This document shows, piece by piece, positions 51,720 through 63,747 of a stretch of 63,747 nucleotides of DNA. Each line of letters opens with the position of its first letter. Positions within the stretch are counted from its first letter, which is position 1. The notes under the pieces are model-generated. The model worked only from the letters and a program-made list of their open reading frames with translations. It did not search any database and was not told the DNA's origin. The stretch comes from Elsinoe ampelina (lineage: Eukaryota), in contig ML992501.1 of NCBI GenBank assembly GCA_010093995.1, forward strand, positions 2,930,244-2,993,990. The letters run 5' to 3'. The position numbers and the translations under genes are program-made.

Positions 51720-52240
51720 GTCGATACATTGTGTCCGCTATGCTTGGCTTTGCCTGGCCGCGCGGCAACGATGAGAACAGTAAAGTTCCTGACGGTACGA
51801 CAAGATGCAACATGGGCGGGAATGAAGGTCCACTGGCGTCCGCAAGCCCCAAAAACTCCGCTTCGTCATCCATGGATCAGCACCCTTTGCTCCCGAGCGG
51901 TGCCGGGGTTTGGTTCACAAGCCTTTTGATGACATTTCTCTCACCGTCCTGAAAGCCCAACGCCCGCTGCCTCGGGGCGGACAACACCATCGAGATGTGG
52001 GATCCGACACCTCATGCATAGTCGTCCAAGTCCAACGGTGGCGGTTTAGGGTGGAGGGGGGTGAGGCGGGTGAGGCGGGTGGCGCAGCGCGGAGAACATC
52101 CTGACCTTTTGCCGAAAGCAGATTGTGGCTTCAGCTCAATCCGTCCTACTCGTACCATCCATCTCAGCTGCGAGTACCACTTTGCCCATTCGCACCTACG
52201 TCGCCATATTCGCGATGCACCATGATCCGGGACAGGCACT

Positions 52241-55200
52241 ATGGCGGACCAGGAACAGCTTGGGAGTGCCCATTTTTACACGATCGGCTGGATCGCTGCA
52301 CTCCCCATGGAGAGAGCAGCAGCGCTTGCCATGCTGGATCAGACGCACAGGCAGCCAAAAGGGTTCATGAAGCATCACAGCGACTCTAACCAGTATGCTT
52401 GGGGCTCGATTGGCGGGCACAATATTGCCATCGCGTCACTCCCTTCCGGAAGGTACGGCACAGTCTCTGCAGCTGGGACCGCACATTGTATGCAAGCTTC
52501 ATTGCCCAGTGTGAAACTCGGTCTTTTGGTAGGAATCGGTGCCGGCATACCGCGTCTCGAAAAGGGTCACGACATCCGACTTGGTGATGTCGTGGTAAGC
52601 ATGCCAACCAATCAAAGCTCTGGAGTGATACAATACGACCTTGGGAAGGCTCAGAAGAATGGCGTATTCAAAATTGTCGGACATTTGAACAGTCCTCCTG
52701 AAGCTCTGCTGAAAGCTGTCGCTGCTCTAGAGGCTGAGTATTTCCTGCGCAAGCCGAGAATATCCCGATATCTGGAAGAAATGTTGCAGGCGTATCCTCA
52801 CATGTCAATGGGCAGCTCCAGCACGCCAGCTGGGTTTGTCTACCAAGGTCACAACCACGACAGACTATTCACTCCAGATGCACTGCATGTTGAACCGACC
52901 GGAGAGCCTATCAGCTCGACTGACGACACTCGAAGTTGTTCAGCTTGCAGTCCAGCAGCTGAAATCTTCCGGCAAGCACGAAAGACATCCGACCCTAGCG
53001 TACATTATGGCATAATCGCATCTGGAGATACCGTCGTCAAAGATGGTCTCAGCCGTCAAGCAATTCTCGACCGACTCGGCGACGATTGCATGTGCTTTGA
53101 GATGGAAGCTGCCGGACTCATGAACACGTTTCCATGCTTGGTGGTACGAGGTATTTGTGATTACGCAGATACACACAAGAATGATAGATGGCAGCCATAT
53201 GCGGCGGCCACAGCAGCAGCCTACGTCAAGGAGCTACTTTCGATGGTTGATGCTCAGGACGTAGATCCGACTCCCACAATCGCTAATGTGATGCATCGAG
53301 GTAAGTCTCTAGCCCTCTGACAATTCTTACAACCTGACGGCTACAGTTGAAAGAATACAGGAGTCAGTCATAACCCTTCAACATTCGATTCTAGAATCGA
53401 AGCGACCATTATTGCTACCGGGGCTACCCGATGTCAGAGCCGCCGCCTTCGACTATGAGGATGACGAGAAGAATGTTGTTTGTCTTGAAGAGACAAGGGT
53501 CGATCTCCTCCAAAATATCTACAACTGGGCGAACAACGATGAAGACAAACCGATTTTCTGGCTCAATGGCATCGCAGGCACTGGTAAATCGACTATCGCT
53601 CGGACAGTTGCCCTACGATGGAGCAAACAAGAGAGGCTCGGTGCAAGCTTCTTCTTCAAGCGAGGAGAAAGGCTGAGAAGCTCCGCGCCGCTGCTGCTCA
53701 GCACTGTTGCTTCACAGTTGGCTCAACGTTTTGACGAGATTCGCGAGTCGTTGAGAGAGATCCTCGCTACCAACCCTCAAGCTACTACCAGGGGTTTGAC
53801 CGAGCAGTTTCAACTCTTCCTTCTCGAACCACTGAAAGCATCGGGCATTACAACACTTGAATCCCAGATCTTGGTCATAGATGCCTTGGATGAGTGTGCA
53901 GATGAGAACGACACGAGTACTCTGATCAAACTGCTTGCAGCTACGAGCCATCAGACACGATTGCGTTGCTTCGTTACTTGCAGACCTGAAGCTACCATCC
54001 TGGAGCGATTTGCTAGCATTGACTCCAAGACCTACCACAATATTGTTCTGCATCAAGTGACGGAATCAAGCATCGAATCCGACCTAGAGACATATCTGTG
54101 GCACGAATTTGACTTCCAAAAGTCCAAGGTACGCAACAAGTCAAGAGCAGACCTCTGTGATCCGACTTGGCCGGCAGCAGGCGACCTCAAGAACCTAGCA
54201 AGACTTGCGAGACCTTTATTCATTTTTGCTGCTACTGTATGCCGGTACATTTGGGGACAAGGAGCAGACCCACGCGAACGCCTTGACGAGATCCTTAACA
54301 GCCCAAGATTTGACAGCCTACCACAAATGGAGAGAACATACCTACCAGTCGTCGATCGGATTGTGCGGAACGGCAACGCGGAGCTGGCCATGAAAGGATG
54401 GATCCGCGACCTCTTAGGAACGATTCTGATCTTGTTCCAGCCGCTGTCAAGATCTTCCCTCTGCGACTTCGGTCTGAGGGATCAATGTTCTCTTCTGCCT
54501 GATCTACATTCGGTTCTCGACATTCCCACATCCGAAAATGCCCCAATTCGTCCCCTTCATCTATCATTCCAGGAATTTATCATAGCACAATCGGGTCATA
54601 TCAACGACAAAGACTGGTACCGTGTCCCAGAAAAAGAAGCCCATCTTGAAATGTCCAAAAGATGTCTCCAATATCTCATGGTACCTGGAAGACTTTCTCG
54701 AAACCCACTGCGCCTGGCAAGGCTCGACACCACCAGACAAGATGTCAGCAGAGACTTGCTGAAGAACGTCATCGGGGTGGAGCTATCATATGCCTGTAGA
54801 TACTGGGTCGATCATCTTTTGCAAAGTCGAGACACTACGTTGTATCAAACTTCAGTCCTCGGTTTCTTGGAAAAACATCTGCTCCATTGGATCGAGGTAC
54901 TATTGTGGCTGGATGAGTGCGAGAAGTGCTTGACACAGATCAAGACAATTGCCGCTTCTGCCCTGGTAGGTATGCCCAGCCATCTTGATCATCCTGAGTC
55001 TGACGGGCCCAGCCACTGGGTAATGACAATCTCAACGGACTTCTCTACGATGCTAGCAGACTCATTGGGGTTCATTACCACGCCATCGCCTCATCTCCAC
55101 TACAACTCTATGCTTCAGCCCTGTTGTACAGTCCCACTACCAGCATAATCCGTCACAGTCAACAGCCTGAAATGCCTCCGAGTATCAGTCTACAGCCATC

Positions 55201-57418
55201 TACCTCATCACATCCTCGTGGCCCAAGGCAGCAACACTTGGTAGGTCACATTGACACCATCATTTCGGTACTTTACTCAAGAAGCGGCGAGTGTATCGCA
55301 TCCGCTTCACTTGACCGCACTGTTCGATTATGGAATGCTACGAACGGTCTTCTAATCCGATCTTTCCGGTGCGACCAAGCGAGGCTTTCGAGGAATCAAT
55401 CGACTAATCGGGGGTCCCGAACAGCGTCCGATCTTGCGATGGACTTCTCTTCAGACGGTCAGCTTTTCGCAGCTTCGCCAATTGACGCAATGATACAGAT
55501 CGTACGTGTTGAGGATGGTATCACTACAGTATCGCTTCATGATGCAAATCAGCACGTAGTGAAAGTCTACTTCAGCAGGATGGGGAACAACGAAATCTTG
55601 GCCGCAACAGCTTCCGGTTGTGTACTTTTCTGGGATGGGGACAATGCTCAACTACTTCACTGCTTGGATACGGGACAAGGCAGCTTACAGACCGTCATAC
55701 TCTCGCCAGATGGACGATTGTTGTCAACGATGTGTCCACGAGGTTCGTTGCGGATTTGGGACACTTGCACGAAAGCAGAAATTTACCCAGAAGTAGCCAG
55801 CATCGATATAATTGAGATGACCGGCGGGAAGGTACATGCAAGACTCACATCAGTCGGTCCACTCCAGTATGAATCACGCCGTCTTGTCATCTTCTCGCCA
55901 TCATGTCATGTCGTAGCACTATCTAGACATGGCACGCAAGTCGAGGTATGGAAGCTCTTCGCCCGCGGATCGAAATTGAGAAGAGGACCCTCAATTACTG
56001 GCATCCAGGACCTTTCATTCTCCGCAGATGGAGAAATGCTTGCGGTCAGATCTGTAGATAAGATCGTGGTACTGGACTCTGAGCATGCCCAGACTCTGCA
56101 CACCTTGACTCTTTCTCTGGCAAACTGCGCATTCATGCCGAACCCAACACTTCTGCTGCTGCTGACACACGATAACACTTTACACCTGTGGTCTCTAAAA
56201 CCCTCTGCCATTCCTGAAATTACTTCGCGCACACGCTGGAATGCCGAGACGATCCGGAGACAGCATGATTTGCCACTAGAGATCTCACCTGGCGGCTTCT
56301 GGTGTTGCACAACATCGACAGAAACCTACGATATAGTCAAGCAACCTATTGGGCAAGACCGTGAGCCCATGCACGGCATATTGGCCATTATTTTTGCGCC
56401 AGATGGCGCGTCACTATACACCACCGCTCGGGACTCTGGGTCCGTGAATGAATGGGATACCGCCACTGGCAAGCTCGTGCAGCAGCTGCATCCGCACGGA
56501 GAATGTTCGCTCGATCTCGACCACCTAGCTATGTCCCCGGACGGAACCTGGCTCGCGGCTTCGTCGTCGAGACCTGACAGACCCACGGGCTCACTTTGGA
56601 ATCTGCAAACCTCGGAATTCGTGAAAACTTTTCACCCACGCGCAAGAAAAGTAGTTTTTGGCTTTGGTAGTTTCCACGCTCACGCTGCATTTTCGAGCGA
56701 TAGTGCCAGCCTCGTCTACGCCAACGATACTGCAGGACTCGTGCAGTACGATTTACATTCGAGATCGAAACATTCTCGTTGGCACTCGTTCTTGAAGAAT
56801 TGCAGTCTTGTCGCATGTGCACCCAACAATAGCAAGACCGCTTCAGTATGCACCAGACTCATGTTCGGTACACCGGAATACATCGAGATATTCGCTAGTC
56901 CTGGTGGTCGCAAGTTGTTCTCCAGTGTGACAGAACGCAAGCTGTGTAGACTGACGTGGCCACAATGGAAAGTCACAGACGAACTCTGGCTCTCGAATGT
57001 ATGGACTAGATCTGCCCCGATGTACCTGATCACAAAGATGGTATTCTCAGCCGATAGTACACTCCTCGCAGCCCTCTGGGAAGACAAGAAGATCAGCGTC
57101 TGGAATACCGACACCGGCACTTACCTCTCTACCTTGACGTGCAGCAAGCAACCTCACATCCTCGACTTCTCGCCCACAGCGCCATGTGTGCTGCAAACCG
57201 AGTACGACTCCTGGCATATGGACTGCTTATGCACGGTACAAGATCATGATTGGAAGCTCGATAGGCTGGAGAGGTTCTTCATCGAGGATAACTGGCTGGT
57301 ATACAGAGGGGAACGGCAATTGTGGATCCCGCCTGAGTATAGAGGGCTCGTCGCGAGGTCGAAGACTGGCAAGATGGCGATTGGGCAGGCGAATGGGAAG
57401 GTGAGCATCTATGGCTGA
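52241..57418 (+). CDS. Tripartite fungal NLR: PNP_UDP nucleoside-phosphorylase effector, NACHT, WD40 (HET-E-like)
   Basis: YTIGWIAALPME, LVGIGAG, FEMEAAG, RGICDYAD; CLEETRVDLL, GIAGTGKST, VIDALDEC; PLQLYASALLYSP; GH...ASASLDRTVRLWN. Introns 53301-53346 and 54966-55012 join the three ORFs in frame. Confidence 0.93.
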
Positions 57419-58210
57419 ACGGGATGTCACTTGAGGAGAGGGCGGGGGAATTACACGGCGGGCAGGGGCGTGGAGAGAGAAGGCAGCATTGCCGAGTTGG
57501 TGGAAAGTTGAAGAACACACCTCCGGTGGACTGCAGAGCATGTCATGCAACAGGCTAGTCCTAGGTGGTAGATGCAGAGCACACTTCCGGCAGTGCTGCA
57601 TGAGCTGCCATGACAGACAAAAGATCTACCAATGCCCTCATCTGGGTGATACATTCCACGACCACCCAACGACGTCAACGCACCATCCCCAGCATCCCAC
57701 AACGTCCATCAAAGGTGTGTGTAAACGACCACACCCCGTCCCTAGCCCTGCGCACGGGACACGCCGTTTCTCTCGTTCGACGCAAACCTCGCTTACACAA
57801 AGCCAGCCAGGATTGGGGGAGAAAAATCGCGCGTGTGATTTAAGGATGGGATCGAGTGGGACCGTCACACCAGCGCGTAGCATGCAGCAGGATCCACTGG
57901 GTTGGAGTTCGGGCCGAATGGACTTCAGCCAGGGACTACTTCCTAGGGCATCGGAAGGTCTGACCAACGAGGTGGGTGTTCGCTGCTGTTTGGGCATGCT
58001 GGTTTGTTTACTTCTTGAAGGGCATGGTAGTGAATTCTTCGAGTCTGATAGTACCTTCGCAAGTCTGGTAGTACCATCCAAAGCATTACTACCAGAGCAA
58101 ACCCAGGTATGTAGAGCATGTACACAGAACATGGTCAATGAAGTGGTAGTTTCACCTACACTATCCCTGGAGAGACATCTTCTTCTACCAGAGCTCTCTC
58201 TTAATCATAT

Positions 58211-59874
58211 CTACAACCTCACCCTCCTCCCATTTCCCGCCGCCCCCGTCACCGTCCCATTTCCCTTGGCCTTCTCCAACTCCCCTCTCACGCCGCTCTC
58301 CAACGCCTCTGCAATCCTCCCGAACTGCGCAAAGATCCCATCCAACACCTCCTGCCTTTTAACATTCACCAGGGTCCCCGCAATATTGCCGTGAAGATTG
58401 ATCCTATCCTGCTCACCCAGCACCTTCTCATAGAAATACCTCGGCTGCTCGTAATCCTTCTCCTCATCCATCTCGCTCTGCCACCACACCGTCTGCCCCA
58501 CCAACTCATCCTGCACCACCGCCTTGCGCTCCGGGATCGCCAGATCATCCCACTCGGCCGGGAAGTTGGGTCGGGACCCCTGGTTGCCGTGCACCGCGAT
58601 GTGCCCGTCCCGATCCCAGTTCGCGACGCTGCTGAACGGGCAGTTGACGGGTATGTCCTCGGCGTTGGCGCCCAGACGGTAGCGGCCTGCGTCTTTGTAG
58701 GCGAAGAGGCGCGCCTGCAGGACTGGGTCGGCGGATGGGGCCCAACCTGGCACGACGTTGGAGGGTGCGAAATGCGCTTGTTCTATCTCGGCGAAGAAGT
58801 TCGAAGGGTTCTGCGTGAGGACCAGCCGCCCGACGTCGGTCCATTCGGCGTCGAACCAGTCTTTTGTCAGGTCGAGGACGTCGTAGCGGTAGGCCCGCGC
58901 CTCTTCGGCGGTTTTGATGGACATTTGCACCGTCCAGGAGGGGTAGTCGCCTGATGCGATGGCGTTGTGGAGGTCGAGCGTGGACCAGGCGTCGTTGGAT
59001 GAGGCGTGGGTGGCGGCTTCGGCGGCGGTCATGTTGCGGACGCCTTGATCGGAGAGGAACCGGACTTTGACGTAGACCCAGCTGCCGTCGGCTTGTACGA
59101 GGCGGTAGGTGTGGCCTGACCAGCCGTTCATGTGGCGGAAGCCGTAAGGGGTGCCGAGGTCGGAGAAGAGGCGGAGGAATTGGTGGAGGGATTCGGCGAA
59201 GCGGGCTGGCCATGACCAGAAGACATCCCTGTTGGAGAGGTCAGTATGAAGCTTTGAGTGTCTTTGGAGCTGTCTTACCAGTCTCGGGTGTTACTACCAG
59301 GGTGTGTCTTCTGGGTATGGATAAATCTTGGAAACCGGCTCGGATCTCGCAAGAAGAAGATCGGGGTATTGTTCCCCACAAGGTCTAAAACTCCTTCCTT
59401 CGTTCTGAACTTGACTGCGAAACCCCTAGGATCTCTTGCCATGTCTGCACTTCCGGACATCCCGCCCACGGTACTGAATCTGACGGTGACAGAGGTGCGT
59501 GTGCCCTTACGGAAGACGTCGGCGACAGAGTATTGAGAGGCAAAGTCGGATGTAGCCTCGAAGTATCCATGGGCACCTGCGCCTCTTGCGTGAACCACTC
59601 GTTCTGGTATGCGTTCTCGGTTGAAGTGGGCCAGGGTGTCGAGCAGATGGGTATCCTGCAGCAACAGCGGACCGTTCGATCCAGCCCTCTGAGCTCCGAG
59701 TGGTAGGAAGTGTGGTGCACCATTCTGAGTGGTGTAGCTCAAGTCGGAGGCATTGAGGGTTGACTCTTCCTCCTTGCGTCGGGTACCGGTGAAGAGGTCG
59801 GTGTTGTAAGCTGAGTTGTCTTGAGCGGACACAGAGGCAGCAGTGCCTAGTAGGAAGAGTATAAATGAATGCAT
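58211..59874 (-). CDS. Small-subunit monofunctional heme catalase with a predicted N-terminal signal peptide
   Basis: [15 protein letters not shown] (distal His), VRFSTV, DLVGNN (Asn), RLFAYKDA (proximal Tyr). N-terminus [17 protein letters not shown]. Intron 59229-59278. Confidence 0.93.
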
Positions 59875-61184
59875 AATGCTGGTGGTGCTCCTCAAGGTCA
59901 GGGATGAAGAGATCAGAGCGAGATGAAGGAGATGAACCTCCCGCTCTTATAGCACTGCACTCCACCTACCTCGAACAACCGCCCTTTCTTGCCCTGACAT
60001 ATCCCCAACCCCAGACCTGTCTATCGACCCATCACTCAGCCTTCATCCAGATGGTACGGCACAAGTTCACATTGTCGGGCATGGCTCGGAGACCCACCAC
60101 GGAGCTTCTTGGCGAGACGGTCGCTGTAACAAGCCGGGATGGGCCAGATGTGCGCAGATCAGTAGGGTTTGGTCTCCATACGGCACTTGCAAGAAGCAGT
60201 CAGCCCCAACTCGTCGGCTTGTCGATGAGATGAAGTCGGGAGGGGACGAAGGTCCCTGCGTCGAGAATCGATAAATGTGCCTGCCAGGCCATGCAAGGTC
60301 GATCCGGATCGTTCTTGGGGGAGTTAGTGGAACGAGATCAGTTCTATTTTTACAATCGCTAGAGTGGCGTGGTAGTACGTTGCTTGCATGGTGATTGTAG
60401 ATAGAGGCCGAAGTGGTGCTGTCGGGAGCTGCCCCGTCATTGGAGACGTTGCCGCCCTTGGTATGCTTGGTAATGGGTTTTTCGTGCCAACGTCACCCGG
60501 CTTGCTGGTAGTCAATTTGCCTTATACTTTGGCAGCCCTAAGACCATCCAGGATTACGCAGACATCTCCATATTGTGGTTAATTGCAGTGGTCTTGATTG
60601 GAGACGTTTACCGCAGATGCTATCAGGGCAGAAGAGTCTAAACAAGACGGGCCCGGGGCGGGTGTCATGGACGGCATTGCGAAATGATTCAAGAAGCTAA
60701 CAGGGAATCATTCCGCCATGATTGCTGTTTGATCGGCGACCTTGTGGTGCGCCGTGTCGCCGGGTCGAGTACGTGATGAAGAGAATGAGAACATCCAGTC
60801 AGACTGCAAGATCCAAAACTTCATTCACATGCCAAGCAGCCACCACGGATACATGCATCGTCCATGCCAGTTGTCCCCATCAGATGCAGTCTACTTGACG
60901 AACTATCGAATGTGACTACTATGTTCTATTTTGAGGGCATCAGCGCCTTAGCGAACTACCACTACATGTTCTTCTTCGGAGATGTCAGGAGCTTCGACGT
61001 GCTAGGGCAGGTCAGATATCTGACACATATTGTGGAGCACTCGTGTACTATTCTCGTCCCTGGAAAAGGACGCTGATGGGCAAGTCTTCAGGCACTACCA
61101 GGTCATGGCACCTTACTAAAGCAATCGTGGACTGGACCACCGCCTTCGATGCTGTCGATGATAGCTTGACCATACGAAAGTCTT

Positions 61185-62319
61185 CTATCCATCGTCTGAG
61201 ACGGCAAAGCCTGCCGATCCTGCTGTGATTGTGTGGCGCTTGATATATCGCTGCTGCATATGTAAACCAAAGTGGTCACATATGTGGAGGTCTTTACCCT
61301 GGTATTCGAAGCCTTCAATACGCACCGGCTTCGCATCGTATGGCCAAATAAGTCGAATTTCTGCTCGATCCATGATTCTATCAGAGAAATCTGGATGCAT
61401 TCTAGCGCTCAGCCCCCCGCCCGGGTCTTCATCGCCTGGCCAAGTGGCAATGTATCCATAGCTCCAAACACAAATGTCCCGAAGACCATCCATGGCTGTC
61501 AAGACACTCCACATATCCTGCCAAGTTGAATAGCTTATCGTGCAATTGCACGCCCGTCGCACATCCCATGCTTTGTCTTCAGACCAGTGGTCCTGTAAGA
61601 TGCGAAGTCGCATCGTTCGGATGGCGTTGCACCGCTGTGGTAGTAAAAATGTCGGCAGCCTATCAAGCACGCATGACTGCAGGATGATGAAAGTGTTAAG
61701 GCCGTAGACCATGTCGATCGTCTCGAGATATCTAATCACATTAGTGCTGGTAGTAGGTGGAGGAAGTACTACCATACACGGCGCGACAGCTATGCAGCAG
61801 AGCCAGGAAATGGGCAGGTCGAGTCTTTGCGCTGGCACATACTGCAATCTCTTCCCATCGTATTGCCAAAGATTCCTGGTCGGCGGGGTAGAACTTGTGG
61901 ATAGCCCCGAAGAGGCCTGGTCGTTGGGCCACTATGTCTCCATTCCGGGCATCTCGCTCGTTCCGCCAGCCCAGGGTCAACACGATGTTGTGGCCGCCGA
62001 GAACATATCGGTAGACTTCGTGACGTATCTCATAAGGGAGCGAGAACAATGATGGTGTAAGCGTATCTTGATGGCATGTGTGTTTAGCAATCGAGAGCCG
62101 CCTTGGCCGTGGCAAGAGAGGCGTGGAATTCCGTATGAAAGGTCGCCACATGAGTAATCTCGTCAAGTTGACCCAAAAACGCTCGAGCCCAGCATCTGGA
62201 AGAATTACAGGCTTGACTCCCTGCCGAGGTGTCTTTTGAGGTGGAGGCGGATTGGTGACTGGTCGAAGCGGCCTCAAGTGATGCAATGGTAGCAATGGTT
62301 CATCTGTGAATGGCCACAT
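61185..62319 (-). CDS. Hypothetical fungal protein with an F-box-like LFSLPYEIRHEVYRYVLG motif, 2 exons
   Basis: LALLHSCRAV/YLETIDMVYGLNTF is joined by a GTATGG...CTAAT...TAG intron near 61732-61778. Confidence 0.7.
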
Positions 62320-62695
62320 GTTTGATCTACCTAGTCGGGGCCAACGAGTGGATCGATGAGACAAGCAGCCTGCGAACGTCCTTGTCCTTGTCTTCTGCAC
62401 TCACGGATAAGAATGAAAGTCGTGCTTACCGACAAGTCCATTCAGTTTTGAACTTGATTGGATATGGGAGCCTGCAATCAGGGGCATGGTACTACCAGAG
62501 AACAGCTGTCAAAGACCACGATCGAATATAGAAGCCTGAAGGGGAATCAGGTATCGACGCAAAAGTAGGATATGCAATTAATCAAGGCCGAATTCCAAGC
62601 GGATATCTTCTTCCCGCATGGCGACCTGGTGGCGGGGCCCTATCCAATGACATCGCAGCTTGAGCCGAGCTTTTGGTCATTTGGTGCTGGGGAAA

Positions 62696-62955
62696 TGTTG
62701 ACTTGTGTAGGGGAGGAAAAAGGATTAATTACTGCCTGATCCACCAAACTAAGGTGGATTGTAACTACATAAATACTCAACCTAGTATACTAAAAGATAG
62801 CTAAATCAAAAGAACTCCTTAATAGCAACAGATTAAGACAATAACTATCTAATTTAATTATGAATTAGTAGAGTAGTAGATAAGTGTTTAGTTCCACTAG
62901 GGGATAAACTAAATCAAGGTCCTTCTTAGCGCTCTAGCTTATACCTCAGTTAACA
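62696..62955 (-). repeat. 3' LTR (~260 bp) of the right copia element
   Basis: Termini TGTTGACT (62696) and AGTTAACA (62948-62955) are inverted repeats with one RIP C>T. On the minus strand the LTR is preceded by a polypurine-tract-like AAAGGGGTG (62956-62964). Confidence 0.65.
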
Positions 62956-63747
62956 CACCCCTTTACTAAATAGCTATAAGGCTGTTATAGCTAGTTAGTA
63001 GACTACTAACTCAAGGGATAGCTATTATAAGAAGGCCTTATACCTTCTAGATAGCAATAACTTAGTTAAGCTATTAGCTAAGGTATCTACCGATAGTGTC
63101 TATGTTACTAAGATAGGGCTAGATAGATCTCTAGCTAGGTTAATCTCTTGTCTTAGCTAGTAATAATAGATATTAATATAATAAAGGCGTATATTAAGCT
63201 TCTTAATTAGACTAGTAATAAGGCTAATTGTTTACTAATTGTTATACTAAATACTAACATGTTTAAGGGGATAGATAAAGGCTATTAGCCTCCTCTACTA
63301 TATAGCTTGCTTAGTAGTCTCTATAAGAGTAAGTAGCTTAGCCTCTATAGTTAATATTATAACTATTAGTTACTTTATAGCCTTCTAGTTAATTAATCCT
63401 TAAAATATCTTAAAGAGATAGCCTTAAAGGCTCTTCCTTGTTAGGTAGCTACTAAAGCTAGCATCTAAGGAAGCTTAAAAGATTAGTAGTAGCATTAAGC
63501 TATTAAAGGTAAGAGCTAAATTCTTAGTTTTATAGAGATATTAGATTACTCTATTTACTATCCTCTAGTAAGTTAGTAATAGATTTATTAGATGCTCTAA
63601 CAATCTAGAAGTAGCAAAGGCTATATTAGGCCTTATAATAGCTGCTATAAAGTTAATAGATTCTACCTTTTACTAATATAAGTAGATCTCTTATAGTAAT
63701 ACTTAGCCTTTATAAGGTTAGAGTATCTTAATTAGTAGTAGTGTTAA
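62696..63747 (-). mobile_element. RIP-degraded Ty1/copia retrotransposon, 3' part (RNase H, PPT, LTR)
   Basis: The minus frame reads YINIYYY*LRQE and VT*TLSVDTLANSLTKLL. Reversing RIP changes gives the copia RNase H motifs HIDIHHHWLRQE and W...ADGLTK (63061-63078). Strong TpA excess. Confidence 0.85.

Noticed and set aside
43250..57418. Amyloid signalling motif (HET-s, sigma or PP type) linking the NLRs to an adjacent effector
   Set aside because: No N/G/Q-rich pseudo-repeat at either NLR N-terminus and no neighbouring HeLo/HELL effector gene was found.
57489..58394. 301-aa plus-strand ORF and nearby Cys-containing ORFs
   Set aside because: Non-ATG start, no recognisable domain, overlaps the catalase 3' end antisense, and the Cys spacing does not fit a Zn cluster.

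Overview
Fungal (Pezizomycotina) genomic window. A Dothideomycete origin is my guess from protein style and has not been verified. Both ends are AT-rich, RIP-mutated Ty1/copia remnants on the minus strand; the left end also has two assembly gaps. From 3.9 to 43 kb lies a dense, intron-containing housekeeping block: LIM-RhoGAP, TRP2, an AMA1/Cdc20-family APC/C activator, BET4, a GH51 arabinofuranosidase paired with a sugar transporter, PXA2, ADAL, HSP88, LAT1 and SEC7. From 43 to 62.4 kb lies an accessory-looking block: two NACHT/NLR genes, a DHA2 MFS pump paired with a Zn2Cys6 TF, an out-of-frame Zn-cluster/SDR chimera, and a catalase with a signal peptide. The most striking locus is the AMA1-like gene, which appears to be interrupted twice. 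It has an in-frame TAG exactly where a conserved Trp (TGG) belongs, a candidate for restorative A-to-I editing, and a 47-nt intron with AT-AC ends whose removal rebuilds the conserved PFRVLDAP motif. Exon boundaries were read by hand; no database searches were run.
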